Positions 17,601 through 24,769 of a DNA stretch of 64,000 bases are shown here, piece by piece. The notes below the pieces were generated by a model, which had not been told where the DNA came from, ran no database searches, and saw only the letters and a program-made list of their open reading frames with translations. The stretch is from Eubacteriales bacterium (GTDB taxonomy: Bacteria; Bacillota; Clostridia; Oscillospirales; SIG627): NCBI GenBank assembly GCA_045653035.1, contig JAZOLO010000003.1, positions 24,514 to 88,513 on the forward strand, in the 5' to 3' direction. Positions within the stretch are counted from its first letter, which is position 1. The number at the start of each line of letters is the position of its first letter. The position numbers and the translations under genes are program-made.

Positions 17601-17890
17601 AGAATTCTTACGTCGTCCGTGGTTTTATCAGCAACCACGTCTATATATGTAAGGCGCTTAACATCCTTACCATTCTGAGGTACCTCCACATCGTTAAGGT
17701 ACTCCTGATAGCTCAACGCAGAAAGCAGAGCCTTAACCTCTGCCAGCTCTTCCTCGGGAGACTTATCGCCTGTATCGACAGGCAACGTTCCAGCATAGGA
17801 CTCAGCAAGTGCAGCTGTGCCAAGCTGTGTGGCAAGCATCACTATAACCAAGAGAGCTGCAAGGGATCTTGAAAAAGGTGATCTAAACAT
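14657..17890 (-). CDS. Giant (1077 aa) extracellular solute-binding protein: signal peptide, two tandem CBM-like beta-sandwich modules, C-terminal family-1 sugar-binding domain
   Basis: Signal MFRSPFSRSLAALLVIVMLATQLGTAALA/ES has no lipobox Cys. There is an internal duplication (…FGFNIETEGFYNFEVEY…IMVDG…YYLGQGEHTVTI… versus …WIEWEIEVPEDGLYNIATRF…IYIDG…FYLTKGKHIVRL…). The last ~450 aa look like a CUT1 binding protein. AGGAGG RBS present. Confidence 0.7.
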   Translation of the reverse strand: MFRSPFSRSLAALLVIVMLATQLGTAALAESYAGTLPVDTGDKSPEEELAEVKALLSALSYQEYLNDVEVPQNGKDVKRLTYIDVVADKTTDDVRILNAEELADELTVKYSAQLEITDKMTPNVADKTEEHNKYNEKYLEELISDAKAGMEDVEGVLLTTASSELTFGFNIETEGFYNFEVEYMAASASSNNIERAIMVDGAYPYSETRSISFVGTWVDEYDTRFDRGFLHDINGNEIKPAKAARPTWSKRFVYDTTGYYSEPLKYYLGQGEHTVTINGIKEGMIIKSVRVYFSEGQASYPEVEKEYADKGYKAPSSVKPVKYQAEHAFRTSDQSIYAITDRTSASNEPQNASKVFLNTIGGTKWQSNGQWIEWEIEVPEDGLYNIATRFKQDTLAGMFVSRRIYIDGKVPFAEANDISFNYDSSWQTQFLGIDSQDKKGKTVIDPFSFYLTKGKHIVRLEVVLGDMAEILREVDECMVNINNYYLKIIMVTGPNPDIYRDYGFTALMPDVMNGLVEEGKRLTDISKRLEIITGQKGEDSVLLDKIALILDLMGSDDDDVAPNLGTLKDNIGSLGTWIQTARSQPLLLDYIQVQPADNKELPTANAGFFAALKYELSSFVMSFISDYNNLGAMDQSEDNEDPLQVWMTAGRDQAQIIRSMLTDFTAEYGVPVNLKLVAAGSLLPATLAGTGPDVSIQNTADTCINYAIRSAVLPITNMEGMDEVKERFSDTAMIPLTLYGEVYGLPETETFNMLFVRLDVFAELDMKIPKTWDDLYGILPILQSNNLQAGFPSNLAGATMLMYQRDEPMYKDALSEEEVVAAGFDAEDAYLTRGMQINLDSNTALDCFKEVCEYFTMYSFPLTFDFANRFRSGEMPIAVTAYTSYNQLQIFAPEISGLWKITRLPGTATYKTDENGDIIYNLETGEKEIESINYNSVSTITCVMMMRGAQGDEERAWKFMKWWTDEYAQTTYGNELVTLLGPSGQYATANLAALENQPWSPEVLAALRDQFDNLAVTPEMPGGYIITRYVNFAFLAAYNDDANPVEEMLSYIDVINAELSRKREEFDLPTLEDFKKS

Positions 17891-18076
17891 TACTTTTCCT
17901 CCTGAAAGTTTTGGGTTGAATTACTCTAACACTGTCCGAAATTATTTACGACGTGTTAGACACACATCGTCAAAAACGGTCAAAATAGCTGATTTAAAGC
18001 ACTATTTCAGGCTAAATTTGACACACAGATTTTTAACTGTTCACAAAATAGCCCAGTTTGAGTATTTTACTAGGTA

Positions 18077-18105
18077 AGTATATCATCAACACCTGATTTT
18101 GTCAA
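18077..18105 (-). promoter_or_regulatory. Sigma-A promoter TTGACA-17-TATACT for the 12-kb operon, leaving a ~180-nt leader
   Basis: The reverse strand reads TTGACAaaatcaggtgttgatgaTATACT. The -10 is at 18077-18082 and the -35 at 18100-18105. Confidence 0.6.
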
Positions 18106-18158
18106 GTATGACCATATTTAGTTGCTCTATTATATATATATTAACAGTATTTTACATA

Positions 18159-18173
18159 TTAACAAATTGTTAA
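18159..18173. promoter_or_regulatory. Perfect palindrome TTAACAA-A-TTGTTAA upstream of the operon promoter; candidate regulator site
   Basis: Seen directly. Additional TTAACA half-sites lie at about 18141 and 18445. Confidence 0.3.
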
Positions 18174-18263
18174 CAACGCACGTTCGAGGAAGTTAAAATA
18201 TAAATTTTATAAAAGTGCACAAAAATTAATATAATAATATATCATACTATTTTTAATACCAAG

Positions 18264-18300
18264 AAAACCCCCGATTTTTAGGGGGGTTTTTAGCTTTTTT
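18264..18300. terminator. Orphan GC-rich hairpin AAAACCCCC-N8-GGGGGGTTTT + T-rich tail in a gene-free AT-rich region
   Basis: C5/G5-6 stem flanked by A and T runs. The T-tail TTTTTAGCTTTTTTT is stronger on the plus strand. No annotated gene ends here. Confidence 0.55.
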
Positions 18301-18549
18301 TACTTTGTAATTTATAACTATTATATCTTTTATTCACAACTTTTTATTTTATTATAGTTTATATTTATATTTTAAACACACAATAAATTATTATATACTG
18401 CCAAATATGTTTGTGAAAATCAATACAATGTATTTGTTCAACATTAACAATTTATCTTTTTTAGTTTCGTCATTTAAGATATCAAATATTTTCAAATTGC
18501 TTCAAAAAAACAACCAAAAACAGACATAAAAATGGAAAATAATATAAAT

Positions 18550-18570
18550 ATATGACATTTTTTGTCATAT
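18550..18570 (-). terminator. AT-rich hairpin ATATGACA-N5-TGTCATAT at the mnmA stop, followed by a U-rich tract on the minus strand
   Basis: 8-bp perfect stem overlapping the stop codon. Weak, all-AT-rich stem. Confidence 0.4.
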
Positions 18571-19604
18571 TACACAATATATCCCCCAAACAACACTCTT
18601 CCCTCTTCGTCGTAAAACACTGCCGACTGTCCTGAAGACGGTTTTTTGATGAGAATGCTTGGTATAACCTCCGCGTACTCATCAGAAACATTCACCTTAC
18701 ATGGAATAAGTGGCGAACGATAGCGTGGGCGAAGAAAACACGACACCTCGCCACGTGTTTCCTTTATTCCGACAAAGTTTAAAGAGCGTATTTTGAAGAA
18801 AGCGGAACTGTTATCTTCCTCATACCCTAGTACTACCTCGTTTGTTTCGGGTCGTATTTCGGTAACATAAACAGGTCTGCCAAGTGCTATCCCCAGTCCC
18901 TTGCGTTGACCTACAGTGTACGCGGCAATACCGTTATGAACGCCGAGCACCTTTCCGTCAAGATTCACAAAATTTCCTTTTGTAAAAGCTCTTTCCAATC
19001 CTTCTTCATCAAGATTTTCTTTAAGATATGATATATAATCATCATTTGGAATAAAACATATTTCCTGACTTTCGCAAATCTCTTCCACAAGTGCCGATTC
19101 TTTTACATTTGTTATAACCTCACTTTTAAGTGCACTCCCGAGAGGTGCTATAAATCTGGAAAGTTGCTCTTGCGAAAGTTGCCACAAGAAGTAGCTCTGG
19201 TCCTTCTTCGTATCCTCTGCCGACACCAAAGTAAAGCGGTCGCGATACTTTTCTACCTTTACGTAGTGACCCGTAGCAATTAAGTTTATTCCAAGCGAGT
19301 CTGCAACACGAACAAGGCTATGAAATTTTATTTTTCTGTTGCAAACCACACAGGGATTAGGCGTTCTGCCTGAAACGTATTCGTTTACAAAGTAGTCCTC
19401 TACTTCCCTTTTAAAGTTTTCACTATAATCCGCCACATGCAGCTTTATACCGAGCTTTTCTGCTGCCGACTTCGCCTTTTCAAGTGGGGCCGTCGGATGA
19501 AGCACAAGTACTACACCTTCTACCTCATAGCCTTTTTCCTGTAAAACCCGACATGCCCAAGTGCTGTCAATCCCGCCTGACATTCCAAGGAGTACCTTTT
19601 CCAT
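18570..19604 (-). CDS. mnmA: tRNA 2-thiouridine(34) synthase
   Basis: N-terminal PP-loop LLGMSGGIDSTWA, plus ...TPNPCVVCNRKIKF... and ...DQSYFLW.... Confidence 0.93.
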   Translation of the reverse strand: MEKVLLGMSGGIDSTWACRVLQEKGYEVEGVVLVLHPTAPLEKAKSAAEKLGIKLHVADYSENFKREVEDYFVNEYVSGRTPNPCVVCNRKIKFHSLVRVADSLGINLIATGHYVKVEKYRDRFTLVSAEDTKKDQSYFLWQLSQEQLSRFIAPLGSALKSEVITNVKESALVEEICESQEICFIPNDDYISYLKENLDEEGLERAFTKGNFVNLDGKVLGVHNGIAAYTVGQRKGLGIALGRPVYVTEIRPETNEVVLGYEEDNSSAFFKIRSLNFVGIKETRGEVSCFLRPRYRSPLIPCKVNVSDEYAEVIPSILIKKPSSGQSAVFYDEEGRVLFGGYIV

Positions 19605-20047
19605 TATTTTGCTCCGTATCTGCGGCTTTGTTGTACCGCCGCTTCATCACATCTTTCGTTATAGCCATGACCGTCATGTCCCTTTACCCATAAAAAGGAC
19701 ACCTCGTGTCGGTTAAGTTGAAAAACCAAACGTTTCCACAAATCAACGTTAAGAACAGGCTTTCCGTCGGCTTTTCTCCAGTTTTTATTCTGCCATGATT
19801 CAAGCCAGCCCTTATTTATGGCATCCACCACGTATTTTGAGTCTGATACTATATCAACCTCGCACTCTGTTTTCAAGGCTTCAAGAGCTGAAACAACCGC
19901 TGTAAGCTCCATTCTGTTATTTGTGGTTTCCTCTTCTCCGTCCGAGATGAGCTTTTCATTTTCGTTATATACAAGTATTGCACACCAACCGCCGGGACCT
20001 GGATTTCCGCTACACGCACCGTCGGTATATACTGTTACCTTTTTCAT
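19604..20047 (-). CDS. rnhA: Ribonuclease HI
   Basis: Reads MKKVTVYTDGACSGNPGPGGW...NNRMELTAV...DSKYV...W.KGH.G...NE.CD. GAGG RBS precedes the ATG at 20047. The stop overlaps the mnmA start (TAATG). Confidence 0.9.
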   Translation of the reverse strand: MKKVTVYTDGACSGNPGPGGWCAILVYNENEKLISDGEEETTNNRMELTAVVSALEALKTECEVDIVSDSKYVVDAINKGWLESWQNKNWRKADGKPVLNVDLWKRLVFQLNRHEVSFLWVKGHDGHGYNERCDEAAVQQSRRYGAK

Positions 20048-20107
20048 TTTTACCTCTGAATATCTTATTTTTATAATTTTAACATAATTTATTCTTAAGG
20101 TCAATAG

Positions 20108-20130
20108 AAAAAAAGAGCCCCGAAGGGCCC
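20108..20130 (-). terminator. Intrinsic terminator GGGCCC-UUCG-GGGCUC + U7 (minus strand) after the DUF4830-like gene
   Basis: 6-bp stem with a UUCG tetraloop and a U7 tail when read on the minus strand. Confidence 0.7.
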
Positions 20131-20613
20131 TTAAATCTGATTTTGGGTATCTGTTAAGACAGTTTGGCTCCCATCGGTTACTGCAAGGGACACATCTCCT
20201 GCTATAACGCGGTTTTTATATACGATAATAGTCGCCACAGCCTTGCCGTCCTTGTGGTTTGTTACAGTATAGGTATAAAGCTTTACTTTTTTTCCCTTGT
20301 ACTTTTCAAGATTAAGTCCCTCTGTCTTTTGAAGAGAATTATATCTTTTGTATATTTCGTCAAACTCTTCGGGAATCCTTATATCCGCTACCGTTTCCGA
20401 GTCTTCCAGTATATCCCAACCAAGTCTTTCAAGAAACTTGACCCTATCCTCTTTCCCTTTTACGTTTTTATATTCTACACTGGCAACAGTTTGAACCGAA
20501 TCAGTTTTGTCGGTGGCAGGAACAAGAGCAACTGTCGTTATCATTGCGGCGGCACAAAGAGTCATTACTCCGATATATTTCAAGGTAGTTGCTTTCAAAG
20601 TATAAACAAACAT
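20131..20613 (-). CDS. Membrane-anchored DUF4830-like protein
   Basis: N-terminal TM helix, then IPEEFDEIYKRYNSLQKTEGLNLEKYKGKKVKLYTYTV, which matches my memory of the DUF4830 pattern. Confidence 0.55.
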   Translation of the reverse strand: MFVYTLKATTLKYIGVMTLCAAAMITTVALVPATDKTDSVQTVASVEYKNVKGKEDRVKFLERLGWDILEDSETVADIRIPEEFDEIYKRYNSLQKTEGLNLEKYKGKKVKLYTYTVTNHKDGKAVATIIVYKNRVIAGDVSLAVTDGSQTVLTDTQNQI

Positions 20614-20663
20614 AAACTTACTCCTAATCTTTTTTAGTGTATTCTATGTTCGTTTTTTTATAT

Positions 20664-21380
20664 TTATGCCATGTTTTTGAGAAGTGAGTTTATTTCATCG
20701 GGAGTGAGCTCTCGCGTCTCTCCCCTTTCCAGTGTCCTATCAAGGGCAATCTCGTCAAACTGTACTCTTTCAAGATAGGTAACCGTCTTTCCTACCGCTT
20801 CAAGCATTCTTTTTATCTGGTGGAACTTTCCCTCGCATATAGTGATATAACCCTTTTGAGCGTCAGGTGCGATTTCAAGCTTTGCAGGAAGTGTATTTTT
20901 CTTTTCACCTATGTCAACACCATCCTCAAAAGTCCGAGCGTCTTCTTCGGTCATAGGAGCGTCGGTTTCGAAATAGTATTTTTTGTAAACGTGTCTTTTG
21001 GGAGAAAGGAGATAATGGGAAAGCTCCCCGTTATCGGTAAGTATAACAAGACCGAGAGTGTCCTTATCAAGTCTTCCTACAGGAAATACCTTGTAGTATT
21101 TTATTTTCTCGGGTAAAAGCTCCATAATAGTAGGGTCTCTCATATCCTCGGTAGAACAAACGTAACCGTCGGGCTTATTCATCATGTAATAGTGATATTC
21201 CGAGTAGCTTAGCCTATCACCGCGACACTCCACCTTGGATTTTTCGGGGTTTATTTTTTTTCCGATATCACGCTCTGCTTTGCCGTCAACCGTCACACAG
21301 CCCTTTTTTATAAGTCCGTGGGCTTCGTTCCGTGTGAGTGCAAGAGCTGATGCAACGTATTTATCAAGTCTTACCGTCAT
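20664..21380 (-). CDS. Pseudouridine synthase, RsuA/RluB family (S4 domain + catalytic GRLDKDTLGL)
   Basis: S4-like N-terminus MTVRLDKYVASALALTRNEAHGLIKKG; catalytic motif PVGRLDKDTLGLVILTDNGEL. Confidence 0.88.
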   Translation of the reverse strand: MTVRLDKYVASALALTRNEAHGLIKKGCVTVDGKAERDIGKKINPEKSKVECRGDRLSYSEYHYYMMNKPDGYVCSTEDMRDPTIMELLPEKIKYYKVFPVGRLDKDTLGLVILTDNGELSHYLLSPKRHVYKKYYFETDAPMTEEDARTFEDGVDIGEKKNTLPAKLEIAPDAQKGYITICEGKFHQIKRMLEAVGKTVTYLERVQFDEIALDRTLERGETRELTPDEINSLLKNMA

Positions 21381-21392
21381 AACAAGCTCCTT

Positions 21393-23276
21393 TTACATAA
21401 GAGTATCAAGAAAATAATAAAGCTCGTCAAGCTTGTTCTGGAGCTCCGTCTTTTCTTTATCTGCCTCCATCAGTGCAGTATAGTCGGTTGCAAGCTCACC
21501 AGACATCTTTGCTTCTATTACTGAAATTCTATCTTCAAGTTCATTTATCTCTTTTTCGGTTTTTTCGATATCCCTTTCCCGCTTTCTTTCCTTCGCCTTT
21601 ACGTCACGTCTTAAGAGGAAATCCTCTTTTGATGAGGTATAGTTTTGTGTCTCTACTGTTTCCGATTCAGAATTACCCGAGTTCTTCTGAATATATTCCT
21701 CATATCCGTGTTCAAAAACGGTGCCTCCAACGTCGTTTATTTTAAGAATTCGTGTAGAAAGCTTCTTTATGAAATATCGGTCGTGAGATACCGCGATAAC
21801 CGTACCCTTAAATTCGGATATGGCATCCTCAAGAGTTTCTCTTGAGGCTATGTCAAGGTGGTTTGTGGGCTCGTCCAAAACGAGAAGGTTGACTTTGGAA
21901 AGCATGAGCTTTGCAAGAGTAAGCCTTGCCTTTTCGCCACCGCTGAGCACCGACACCTTCTTCATTACGTCATCACCTACAAATCTAAAGAGAGCAAGAG
22001 CTGAACGCACCTCGGTCATTGTAAGGGAGGAATATTCATTCCACAGCTCGTCGAGGACGGTATTATCGGGTGATAAATTCTGGTTTTCTTGGTCGTAATA
22101 GCCCATTTTTACGTTGGTGCCGTATTCAAACTCTCCAAAATAATCAGAGATTACAGAATTCAGTATTTTAAGAAGCGTAGATTTACCGCTACCGTTCTTT
22201 CCAAGAATAAAAAATCTGTCGCTTCTCTTTACTTCAAAGGATAGCTCTGAGAAAAGACGTTTTTGACCAAAGGCTTTTCCGAGCCCCCTTACGCTCAAAA
22301 CGTCATTACCCGAGCGTATCGCCTCACCAAACGAAAAGGATATTCCTTTTGGCAAATCCTCGGGACGTTCAAGCTTATCCATTCGCTCAATAGCCTTTTC
22401 ACGGCTTTCGGCGGCAATTATATTTCTTTCTCTGTTCCAGCGTCTTTGCTGTTCTATATAGGCTTTGAGACGTGCTATTTCCTTTTGCTGGTTCTCGTAG
22501 TGACGCCGGTATATCTCACGATCCTTTTTCTTCTTTTCAGCAAATACAGTATAAGAACCGTTGTAAAGAGTAGCGTGAGTGTTTTCGATATCAAGAGTCT
22601 TATTCGTTACCGAATCAAGAAAATATCTGTCGTGGGATATAACTATAACTGTTGTTTTCAGGCCTTTGATATAGTTTTCAAGCCATTCCACAGATTCAAT
22701 ATCAAGATGGTTTGTAGGTTCGTCAAGTATAAGGATATCGTAGTTTTGCAAAATAAGTCCTACAAGGGCAAGTGCCGTTTTCTGTCCTCCGCTGAGACTG
22801 TTTATCGGAAGGTTAAAAAACTTTTCTCCGAAGCCCATTTTTTGAAGAACCGACTTAGTCCTGCTAACGTACTCGTAACCGCCCTCGCTTTTGTATTTTT
22901 CAAGAAGGGTTGTATAGATGTCGGCTTCGTTTAACGCATTATCGCCATTTTGCATACTGACTTCAAGCTCGTCAAGTCTTTTTTTCATGTCGGTAAGGTA
23001 CGAAAAGTTTGTAAGCATTTCTTCAAGCACGCTTCTGTCCGAGTCGATAACCGCGTACTGGTCGAGATATCCTATTTTAGCACCGCCCTCAATGAAAACA
23101 TCTCCCTTGTCGGCAGATTTTTTGCCTGTTATAATTTTCATGAGAGTGGTTTTTCCTGCTCCGTTTACTCCTACAACGCCAACCTTGTCTCCTTTTTCAA
23201 CGGAAAAGGAGACATTATCAAGAAGCAATTGTGTGCCAAAGGAAAGTGAAATGTTTTTACAGCTTATACTAATCAT
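21393..23276 (-). CDS. ABC-F family ATPase (two ABC domains with linker and a C-terminal coiled coil)
   Basis: Two Walker A motifs (GVNGAGKTT and GKNGSGKST), two LSGG signatures, and no TM segments. Confidence 0.9.
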   Translation of the reverse strand: MISISCKNISLSFGTQLLLDNVSFSVEKGDKVGVVGVNGAGKTTLMKIITGKKSADKGDVFIEGGAKIGYLDQYAVIDSDRSVLEEMLTNFSYLTDMKKRLDELEVSMQNGDNALNEADIYTTLLEKYKSEGGYEYVSRTKSVLQKMGFGEKFFNLPINSLSGGQKTALALVGLILQNYDILILDEPTNHLDIESVEWLENYIKGLKTTVIVISHDRYFLDSVTNKTLDIENTHATLYNGSYTVFAEKKKKDREIYRRHYENQQKEIARLKAYIEQQRRWNRERNIIAAESREKAIERMDKLERPEDLPKGISFSFGEAIRSGNDVLSVRGLGKAFGQKRLFSELSFEVKRSDRFFILGKNGSGKSTLLKILNSVISDYFGEFEYGTNVKMGYYDQENQNLSPDNTVLDELWNEYSSLTMTEVRSALALFRFVGDDVMKKVSVLSGGEKARLTLAKLMLSKVNLLVLDEPTNHLDIASRETLEDAISEFKGTVIAVSHDRYFIKKLSTRILKINDVGGTVFEHGYEEYIQKNSGNSESETVETQNYTSSKEDFLLRRDVKAKERKRERDIEKTEKEINELEDRISVIEAKMSGELATDYTALMEADKEKTELQNKLDELYYFLDTLM

Positions 23277-23300
23277 TTTTATTTCTCTAATATTTTTCTA

Positions 23301-23329
23301 TTGAAATAATTTATAAAATTTGATATAAT
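23301..23329 (+). promoter_or_regulatory. Sigma-A promoter TTGAAA-17-TGaTATAAT upstream of ppa
   Basis: TTGAAA at 23301-23306 and TATAAT at 23324-23329, with an extended -10 TG. Confidence 0.6.
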
Positions 23330-23429
23330 GAATTACAAGGTGCTTTTATTGTACCATATTTTTATAAAAAATTCAATAATTGCTTAATTTTTTTGAGTTT
23401 TTATTTAATAAACGTAAGGGAGTGTTATT

Positions 23430-23963
23430 ATGGCAAACATCTGGCACGATATATCGCCAAAAAGAATCAATGCCGATGATTTCATCTGCGTTGTTGAAAT
23501 TTCAAAAGGAAGTAAGAAAAAATACGAGCTTGATAAAGAAACAGGCTATATTATTCTTGACAGAATACTTTATACATCCACCCATTATCCTGCAAATTAC
23601 GGATTTATCCCCAGAACTCTCGGTGATGATAACGACCCTCTCGACGTTCTTCTTCTCTGTGCAGAGCCCCTTGAGCCATTAACTCTTGTGAGAGCTTACC
23701 CCATTGGTGTAATATCTATGATAGACAACGGAAGAAACGACGAGAAGATAATCGCAATTCCCTTTGACGACCCCAACAATAATCAGTACACAAATATTGA
23801 TCAGCTCCCCTCTCACGTATTCGATGAAATGAGACACTTCTTTACAGTTTACAAGAGCCTTGAAAAGAAGGAAACTGCCGTAAACGAGGTGCAGGACAGA
23901 GAGATTGCTATAAGCGTAATAAAGACGGCAATAGATAACTATATTGAGAATTTTTGTAAGTAA
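23430..23963 (+). CDS. ppa: Inorganic pyrophosphatase, family I
   Basis: Contains ...VVEISKGSKKKYELDKETG...YPANYGFIPRTLGDDNDPLDVL.... Confidence 0.93.
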   Translation: MANIWHDISPKRINADDFICVVEISKGSKKKYELDKETGYIILDRILYTSTHYPANYGFIPRTLGDDNDPLDVLLLCAEPLEPLTLVRAYPIGVISMIDNGRNDEKIIAIPFDDPNNNQYTNIDQLPSHVFDEMRHFFTVYKSLEKKETAVNEVQDREIAISVIKTAIDNYIENFCK

Positions 23964-23997
23964 AATAAAGGCATCGCTTAAGCGATGCCTTTATTTT
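23962..23997. terminator. Bidirectional terminator AAAATAAAGGCATCGC-TTAA-GCGATGCCTTTATTTT between ppa and rsmG
   Basis: Perfect long stem flanked by A and T runs. Confidence 0.85.
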
Positions 23998-24760
23998 ACA
24001 GCGGTTTCTTCGTTATTGCAGAATAGAGTCTCGGATACACAGGAGGTGTGGATTTCACCTTTTCAATTACTATCATGTAGCGTTTTGCAGATACGAAGTC
24101 AAGAAGTGCTTCTTTGTCCTCGGGGAAACGTTCAGTGTCTATATCGAACTTTATTTCATCTACTCTCTTGATTCTTCCGCCAAGCTTCACGATTCCCGCC
24201 TTTGCTTCAAGAAGCTCCTCCTCGGCGGTTGCCGCCTTCATAGAAATAAAGGTGCCTCCCACCTTCACAAAGGGCATGCAAAGCTCTACAAGCACATTTA
24301 GTCTTGCCATGGCACGGGCTGTAACTACGTCAAACCTTTCACGAAGGCTTCCGTTTTTACCTGCAACGTCCTCGGCTCTTGCGGCAACGGTGGTAACCTT
24401 TTCAAGTCCAAGCTTTTCGGCAGTTGCCTTTACGTATCTTATCTTCTTTTCAGTACTGTCAACCATAGTTATATCAATATCGGGACGTGCGATTTTTATG
24501 GGAAGTCCGGGAAAGCCTCCGCCACACCCGATATCTGCCATTTTTATTCCCTCTTTTTTCATTTCGGGAAGTTGTAGAATTGAAAGGGAGTCAGCGAAGT
24601 GCTTTGTTGCAATTCCCACAGGGTCAACGATTGACGTTACGTTTACCTTTTTGTTTTCCTCAACAAGTATTTCAGCAAGGTTATCAAAGGAAGAAAGCTG
24701 TTCTTCCGTAAGTATGGGAATACCAAAAAAAGAGGAAATGATTTCTTTTATTTTTTCCAT
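23996..24760 (-). CDS. rsmG: 16S rRNA (guanine527-N7)-methyltransferase
   Basis: GidB-like. SAM motif ADIGCGGGFPGLPIKI. Confidence 0.9.
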   Translation of the reverse strand: MEKIKEIISSFFGIPILTEEQLSSFDNLAEILVEENKKVNVTSIVDPVGIATKHFADSLSILQLPEMKKEGIKMADIGCGGGFPGLPIKIARPDIDITMVDSTEKKIRYVKATAEKLGLEKVTTVAARAEDVAGKNGSLRERFDVVTARAMARLNVLVELCMPFVKVGGTFISMKAATAEEELLEAKAGIVKLGGRIKRVDEIKFDIDTERFPEDKEALLDFVSAKRYMIVIEKVKSTPPVYPRLYSAITKKPL

Positions 24761-24769
24761 ATTTCACCG

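Noticed and set aside
18108-18173. 21-aa hydrophobic sORF MTIFSCSIIYILTVFYILTNC in the AT-rich spacer (type I toxin-like)
   Set aside because: There is no Shine-Dalgarno sequence. The ATG lies 3 nt upstream of the operon -35 hexamer on the opposite strand, and AT-rich DNA readily gives Ile/Leu/Phe/Tyr-rich ORFs. It is only worth revisiting if transcript or ribosome data appear.
22263-22934. 223-aa plus-strand ORF inside the ABC-F gene, plus similar antisense ORFs inside mnmG/mnmE (26201-27411), the ileS gene, the 7790-10615 gene and the rnfC gene
   Set aside because: All lie antisense to or overlapping strongly supported genes. They lack RBSs and have implausible composition.
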